A stretch of 64,000 nucleotides of DNA, taken from positions 217,074 through 281,073 of the forward strand of contig CBDCLX010000002.1 in the NCBI GenBank assembly GCA_965218815.1, read 5' to 3'. The position numbers and the translations under genes are program-made. This stretch comes from Bdellovibrionales bacterium (GTDB lineage: Bacteria > Bdellovibrionota > Bdellovibrionia > Bdellovibrionales > JAGQZY01). The first letter of the stretch is position 1. Each line of letters starts with the position of its first letter. Shown here piece after piece: positions 58,628 through 64,000 of this stretch. The notes below the pieces were generated by a model, which had not been told where the DNA came from, did not search any database, and worked only from the letters and a program-made list of their open reading frames with translations.

Positions 58628-60049
58628 TCATTAAACTTCATTTTTCAGGGCCTGCTAATTACAACAATTCTTGTGAACAATAATTTCAGATATTTTTTCA
58701 TTTCTGTCAATTAAGAAAACAATTTGCCAGGCATCTTGTCCTTGTTTCCGGGCGATCTCAATCATATATGTAGGAAACATCTCACTAAAATAGTGTCCGT
58801 CAGAGGGACCAAATAATTCCCTTATTTCATTTGCATGTTTTCCAATAAACTGTTTTTTCTTCTTAAGAAGGGAACAGGCCATCTCTGCCCTTATTGAGTC
58901 ATTAGGTGCCTTCTTGAATTTTTCAATACTTAATGGAGCCCCCCGAAACTTTTTCCACAAAATCCCCTGAAAAATCCATAAAGTAGCATTTTAGATCATG
59001 GTCCCCCAAAGCCCTGACAACTTCAAGAGTTCCCGCTATATTACATTCACCCCTTTCCATGGAGGTCACAGTGATATTGGTCAGATTTTTAACTCTATCG
59101 TCTATGGCTGCTTCCAACTTTCCGTAATCCAGATCAGAATACCCCTTGGAGTATAAGAAGAATAAAAGACATTTTTCACAAAATTGAGAGATATTTCATC
59201 TTGTTTTTCTGGTTTTTTCTGGTTTTTTTGTTTTGCGAATTCCATTTTGAGGTCATTTGAGTGAGATTTTGATTGAGAATTTATGACTCCAAGTCTGGTT
59301 TGGCCGGAAAAGTGAATTTTTGAATAAGGGAATCCATGACAGGGAAAATTGATTCCACGTCAGAAGCTCTCATAAAAGAAAACTCATGAAAATTCAAAAT
59401 CATCCTCATTCAGGGGAAGCTCTGGGAGAATGGGGCTCCGGGACTTTTGAATCCAACCCCGGATGGGTGAGAATATTTTTAATCACCTTTTTTAGGTGAA
59501 TTCTTTCCCAGAGTCTTTAAGGTTTCAGTTGTGGAATCCACAGGTGTCACCGTACCATCAAAATCCCATAGAATGGAAATATTTCTATGCAACACTATTT
59601 AAATGACTTGGATGATGGGCTTTTTTTCAGAGAATTTCTCTGTGACTTGGCCATAATCACCCCCTTTTTCATCATTTATCAGGATCTTACTTATTTGCTT
59701 TAATAATGTCCATCCAATTTTTCCCAGGCTGGAACAGATCACATTTTTTCAGTAAAAACTTCAAAGGCTTTAAAAAAACAACCTGCAAACGACTATCAGA
59801 AAGCTCTTTCTGACATAAGGCAACTTGTCGAACAGACCCGTTTGGATTCAGGCTAATGGATTCCCTTATTCAAAAATTCACTTTTCCAGACAAACCAGAT
59901 TTGGAGTCATAAATTTTCAATCAAAACCTCACTCAAATGACCACAAAATAGGATTCACAAAATAAAAAGATCAGAAAAAACCCGGAAAACAAGGATGGAA
60001 TATCTCTCAATTTCGTGAAAAATGCCCTTTATTCTTCTTATACCCAAAA
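58541..60049. repeat. 1509-bp direct repeat, copy B
   Basis: Matches 40536-42044. Confidence 0.92.
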
Positions 60050-60412
60050 CAAGATAGACTTTACTCCTGATTGGAGCGTTTCATTGAGCATCAACAAGAA
60101 TTTATATTTCACTTCTTAACCTCCTACTTATAAGCGGGTTTTTAACCTTTTTAACCGGTTAAAAAAGCTCAAATTAAAAAGGAAATTAAGGCAAAGCTGT
60201 TGGATGCTCTGAGCGATCTCCCTTATCTATTTAGTTTTATTGAGAAATTTGTTTTTGATTTTTTATAGAAATTTCAAAATTTTTTTTGAGGCTTTTATTA
60301 TTTTCAATTTCTTTCACCACCAGAATCAAGCCGTCCATGAGTCTGACAGGCCTTTTTATATGAAACTTTAAAACAGATACTCTGAGGTTATTAGCTGAGC
60401 CTGAAAAGTCAC

Positions 60413-60538
60413 TGGGTAGCCTTCTCTCGGCTTGGATGTCAAGTGTCTTCGACCCTTCGGGCTGGCTCCGCCAGCACTTGACATCCGCTTCGTTTCGGCT
60501 CTTCGGCACCCAAGAGGAAACAGGGTTTCCTCTTTTTT
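60413..60538. other. GC-rich multi-hairpin element (candidate oriT/ssi region or structured RNA)
   Basis: 12-bp IR ggatgtcaagtg / cacttgacatcc encloses small hairpins. An outer gggtagcc / ggcaccc stem is followed by the hairpin aagaggaaac-aggg-tttcctctt plus a T run. Confidence 0.45.
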
Positions 60539-60878
60539 CAAAAAAGACATGCTATCAGTTGGAATAAGAGCTATTTAGAACTCTTCTTTTTCTTCTTTGT
60601 GACCTTTTTAGATTTTGAAATAATGCGATGTCTCTAACATAGGAAGTGGCACTAAATTCCAGAACGGATCAGCAAAACTCCGGTGAATTCATATATATAT
60701 TGGTACTTAAACTACTGGCTGGTCAGGGTATTCGTCAATCCGAATGGCTGGCAATCTTATTGCTCGATGCATTAAGTACAAAGCCCCTTGAACACTACCA
60801 CTTCTATTTTTAATTACACTTTGCAATATATGTTTTATTTTTCTGTTCCAAGTTCTATTATATGAAGAAATTTAATGA

Positions 60879-61238
60879 TTGGAGATCAAATTGTCTCAGT
60901 GGCACTTTTTTACATTCATGGTTTTAGAAAAAAAACCAAAAGACTCCGAACACCCTCAAGGAGATCGTGTATTGGACTGTTTTAGTTTTTCCACTCAGGG
61001 CATGAAAATTAAAGGGCAACCACGGTTTAATAAATTTAATGTAACTTTGTCTATCCCTCAAGATGGCTCATTAGTATCCACGCAGGTTCAAGTGATAAAT
61101 AAGCAAAAAGATTTTTTTGAAGTCCGTTTTATTAACCCATCTTCAAAACTATTAACAAAACTTTCTTGGTGGGATACGAGAACTACTCACGAGCGACCTA
61201 AATATTTTCCCGACCGAAATTTGGATATCGGCGTTTGA
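60879..61238 (+). CDS. Hypothetical protein, possibly PilZ-like beta-barrel
   Basis: DCFSFSTQGM resembles the PilZ D/NxSxxG motif, and the sequence has a beta-rich pattern. Confidence 0.4.
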   Translation: MEIKLSQWHFFTFMVLEKKPKDSEHPQGDRVLDCFSFSTQGMKIKGQPRFNKFNVTLSIPQDGSLVSTQVQVINKQKDFFEVRFINPSSKLLTKLSWWDTRTTHERPKYFPDRNLDIGV

Positions 61239-64000
61239 ACCAGGTTTGAACTTCTAAAATATCTTCATTATCCAAACCATATAACTCATTAACAAAAGGT
61301 TCTACTAAGTTCTCCATTTTAGCAGTAAGCCCTCTTTCTCCATAATGTTCCTTTTTTAATTGAATAACAGAATCACAAATATTTTTTGCTCTTTGAAGTT
61401 GTTCCAATGTGGGAACCACAACAGGAATATCCTTAAAATAATCGGTGGAAAAATCAACCGTATTACAAATAAACGCCTTGGATAAATATCTAATAATGTG
61501 AGAGGACAGTAAAATCAATAAAAATTTAGTTAGTCCTTTGTCAAAAGGTAGAATTAAATTTGCTTTATGACCAAAAATTCCACCAAAACTCAAATAGTAG
61601 TTAGGAGCGTATAGACCTGTTACTGTGCAAACAATACCTTCTTGGAAATAATATTTAGAGTTTTGAAAACGAGGTTTCTTTGAAGTACCTGGAGGCCATA
61701 TATTTCTATTCTTTAATGTCCTGACTGCTTGTTCAGACCAATCAATCCAATAGTCCACTGGTTTCCAAAAATTGTTTAATTCTCCTCCGGCAGTATCTTG
61801 TTCACCCCCTTTATCAAAAGGAACAAAATACTGGTCAGAAGAAGGATCTAATACCTTTATCCCGTTGGCTTTTTCATTTTCTGTTAATAAAGGCAACTTG
61901 TCAAATAAAACAGTGTTTCTCTCTGAGACATTTTGAATGTTTCTTCTTCTGGCATTTGGTCTAATACCCTCTGATTTTCTTAGAAAGATTTGATCATCTG
62001 CCGTGGCCAATCCCTGCATGACAGAAGCAATTTGCCAAAGTTTTACAATAGGAATTTTCATTCTATTTTTCTCTATCAACAGGCAATCAATTTCTTTATT
62101 TAATAACTTCACCCTTGATTCTGAAATGATATTTGCCACAGGCAAGTCAGAACAGAATAAAGATAATGAAGGGTTTCCGGAAAGAATAGGATAACAACAT
62201 TTTTTTTCATTCAATTGATTTCTGTTCGCAAATACTCCTTTTAAGTTCTCTCTTTTTACAGATGGATTTTTTAATCTTGAAAAAGAGAGCATATAAGGAG
62301 TTATATAAGATTGTAATCTTATTTTTTCAATTTCATTATGTTCTTTTTTTAAATAAGATAATGCTATCTCATAATCTTTGTTTTTTGGATGAATAGGCCA
62401 GGCATCTATAAATTCATAATATGTTGAACTCCTATTTTTTTCCAAAACAGATTCTTTTTTAAACTGAAATATACAAGAAAAAACATCTCTTCCCGGAAAA
62501 GCATTCCTATGTAGTTGAAATATTTTTTTGATTCTCATTTTATTAAAGATTTCTGCCCGCAAATTTTCATGAGTTTTTGTCATTAAAAAAGTATTGCTTA
62601 CAATAAACGATAGATACCCCCCGCTTTTCAAAGTGTTGATACCTTGGAGGATAAAACAACCATAGGAGTCTTTGCTTCCCAGGTTAAAATGTTTTTTAAC
62701 TGCGTCGGTAACTTTTACTCCATAAGGCGGATTTCCTATTATAAGATCAGGCTTAAAATTTGAAAATGTTTTAAAAAAACCATTTTCAAGAAAATCACCT
62801 TGAGCAACAACCGTAGAAAAATCAAATTTTTCCTCAGGAGCTAATGCCTCCCATAATTCTTTAGAACGATAAAGCTCTAAAAACATTCCAAGCTGAGTTG
62901 TCTGCACAGCAAAGGGATCTATATCAATGGCTTTAATGTGTTCCAATGTCTTTTGATGCACTCTAATAATATTATTATTTAACCCAGAATGTGAGTTAAT
63001 ATAGAAATTTCTTATTTTATTGTATATTTCCCTAACAAAATGTCCTGATCCACAAGCTGGCTCCAAAACTTTTTTATCGCCCCAGTCACCCAGACTTTTT
63101 TCCATTGAATCAACCATAGATTTTACAATCGGTTTTGGAGTGTAAACATTTCCAAGTGATTTAACTTGTAAGTCAAGCTCTTCTGATTCTATTAAAGCAT
63201 CCCAAATTTCTCCTATGGGATTGTCAGTATACTCAAAAAATAAGGCATGCATTACTCTGAAAGAAATTAATCGAATTCTTATATCTTCTTTACACTCTTC
63301 AGAAAGTATTAATACATCATATGGCTCTACTTTTAATATTCCCGGAAAGGATGAAGACAATTGATCTATCTTTTGAATGAGATTTACGGGTAGTGGTTCT
63401 ATATTTTGATCATATATGATTTTAATGAACAAAATTTTTAAAATAAAAGACAAAGAGATGCTAGATAGTATGGACTTGATAGCTTTTTTTTCATCGTTTA
63501 TCTCGTTAAGAGAATTATCTACAAAGGTTTTGCGTGTATTTAAAATTTTTCTGAAATTTGGCTCTCGACTTCCTAATTTACTAGAATGAAAAGTATATTC
63601 TTCAGGAAAATATTTTTTCGTCAAATCTTCAAAAATGGTTTTTCTTATTTTTGATAAGACTAAATTTAATTTAGATAAACTGATTTCTTCAATAAAAGAA
63701 CCAGAGCCTGCTTCTTCAATAATTCTCTGATAATAAGTTTCCTGGCAGGTTTTATAAGAAAATCCATCTTCATTTTTGCATCGTCTAAACCATTTATATT
63801 CTCTTCCGTTGGAAAGTAGAACGTAAGGTGGTGGCATAGAAAAACTATCTCCTAAACAGTAATCAAAGGCTTGTTCTTGATCTTTTGAAACAAGTTCTTT
63901 TCCTTCTCTTTTTGCTTCTATCAGTAAGAGAACTCTTTTATTTTCGTCAATAAAAACACCATCATAAGGGCCTATTCTTTTCCCTCTCTTTCTGACATAA
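61198..64000 (-). CDS. Type IIG/IIL restriction-modification fusion (nuclease-N6 MTase-TRD), partial at the right edge
   Basis: The frame stays open upstream of the track start to the edge (PYDGVF...LIEAKR...QAFDY...VLLSNG, an HsdR_N-like nuclease). Also GNVYTP, LEPACGSGHF, AIDID, IGNPPY, FIVSNTF. Confidence 0.88.
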   Translation of the reverse strand, partial: YVRKRGKRIGPYDGVFIDENKRVLLLIEAKREGKELVSKDQEQAFDYCLGDSFSMPPPYVLLSNGREYKWFRRCKNEDGFSYKTCQETYYQRIIEEAGSGSFIEEISLSKLNLVLSKIRKTIFEDLTKKYFPEEYTFHSSKLGSREPNFRKILNTRKTFVDNSLNEINDEKKAIKSILSSISLSFILKILFIKIIYDQNIEPLPVNLIQKIDQLSSSFPGILKVEPYDVLILSEECKEDIRIRLISFRVMHALFFEYTDNPIGEIWDALIESEELDLQVKSLGNVYTPKPIVKSMVDSMEKSLGDWGDKKVLEPACGSGHFVREIYNKIRNFYINSHSGLNNNIIRVHQKTLEHIKAIDIDPFAVQTTQLGMFLELYRSKELWEALAPEEKFDFSTVVAQGDFLENGFFKTFSNFKPDLIIGNPPYGVKVTDAVKKHFNLGSKDSYGCFILQGINTLKSGGYLSFIVSNTFLMTKTHENLRAEIFNKMRIKKIFQLHRNAFPGRDVFSCIFQFKKESVLEKNRSSTYYEFIDAWPIHPKNKDYEIALSYLKKEHNEIEKIRLQSYITPYMLSFSRLKNPSVKRENLKGVFANRNQLNEKKCCYPILSGNPSLSLFCSDLPVANIISESRVKLLNKEIDCLLIEKNRMKIPIVKLWQIASVMQGLATADDQIFLRKSEGIRPNARRRNIQNVSERNTVLFDKLPLLTENEKANGIKVLDPSSDQYFVPFDKGGEQDTAGGELNNFWKPVDYWIDWSEQAVRTLKNRNIWPPGTSKKPRFQNSKYYFQEGIVCTVTGLYAPNYYLSFGGIFGHKANLILPFDKGLTKFLLILLSSHIIRYLSKAFICNTVDFSTDYFKDIPVVVPTLEQLQRAKNICDSVIQLKKEHYGERGLTAKMENLVEPFVNELYGLDNEDILEVQTWFKRRYPNFGRENI

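Noticed and set aside
1-64000. tRNA/rRNA genes, integrase, prophage genes; many short antisense ORFs over core genes
   Set aside because: I recognised none of the former. The short ORFs overlap confident genes on the opposite strand or in other frames.

Overview
Bacterial chromosomal window. The host is probably a Bdellovibrionota-like organism, which is my inference from gene content. Core genes (pdxH, lolD/lolCE, prfB with its programmed frameshift, murJ, rpsT, epmA, gcvP, ahpC, xth, fxsA) are interleaved with AT-rich defence and mobile DNA. The main element is a complete type II-B CRISPR-Cas9 locus (6.6-15 kb): a 1692-aa FnCas9-like Cas9, a DUF4160/DUF2442 toxin-antitoxin-like pair wedged between cas9 and cas1, cas1-cas2-cas4, an identifiable tracrRNA with promoter and terminator, and a 10-repeat array with two near-identical spacers. 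Also present are a decayed IS1380 with a family of ~66-75 bp MITEs sharing its ends, an AbiEi/AbiEii module, and a type III RM system. A 16.5-kb accessory block between two 1509-bp direct repeats holds a relaxase and MobC, a type II RM pair, a type III CBASS operon whose cyclase is split by an ISL3, a CapW-like WYL regulator and a SIR2 defence protein. A type IIG RM gene runs off the right edge. Many genes are truncated at abrupt junctions and several carry single-base frameshifts, so part of the long-range order may be assembly artefact. All homology calls come from motif recognition by eye, not from database searches.
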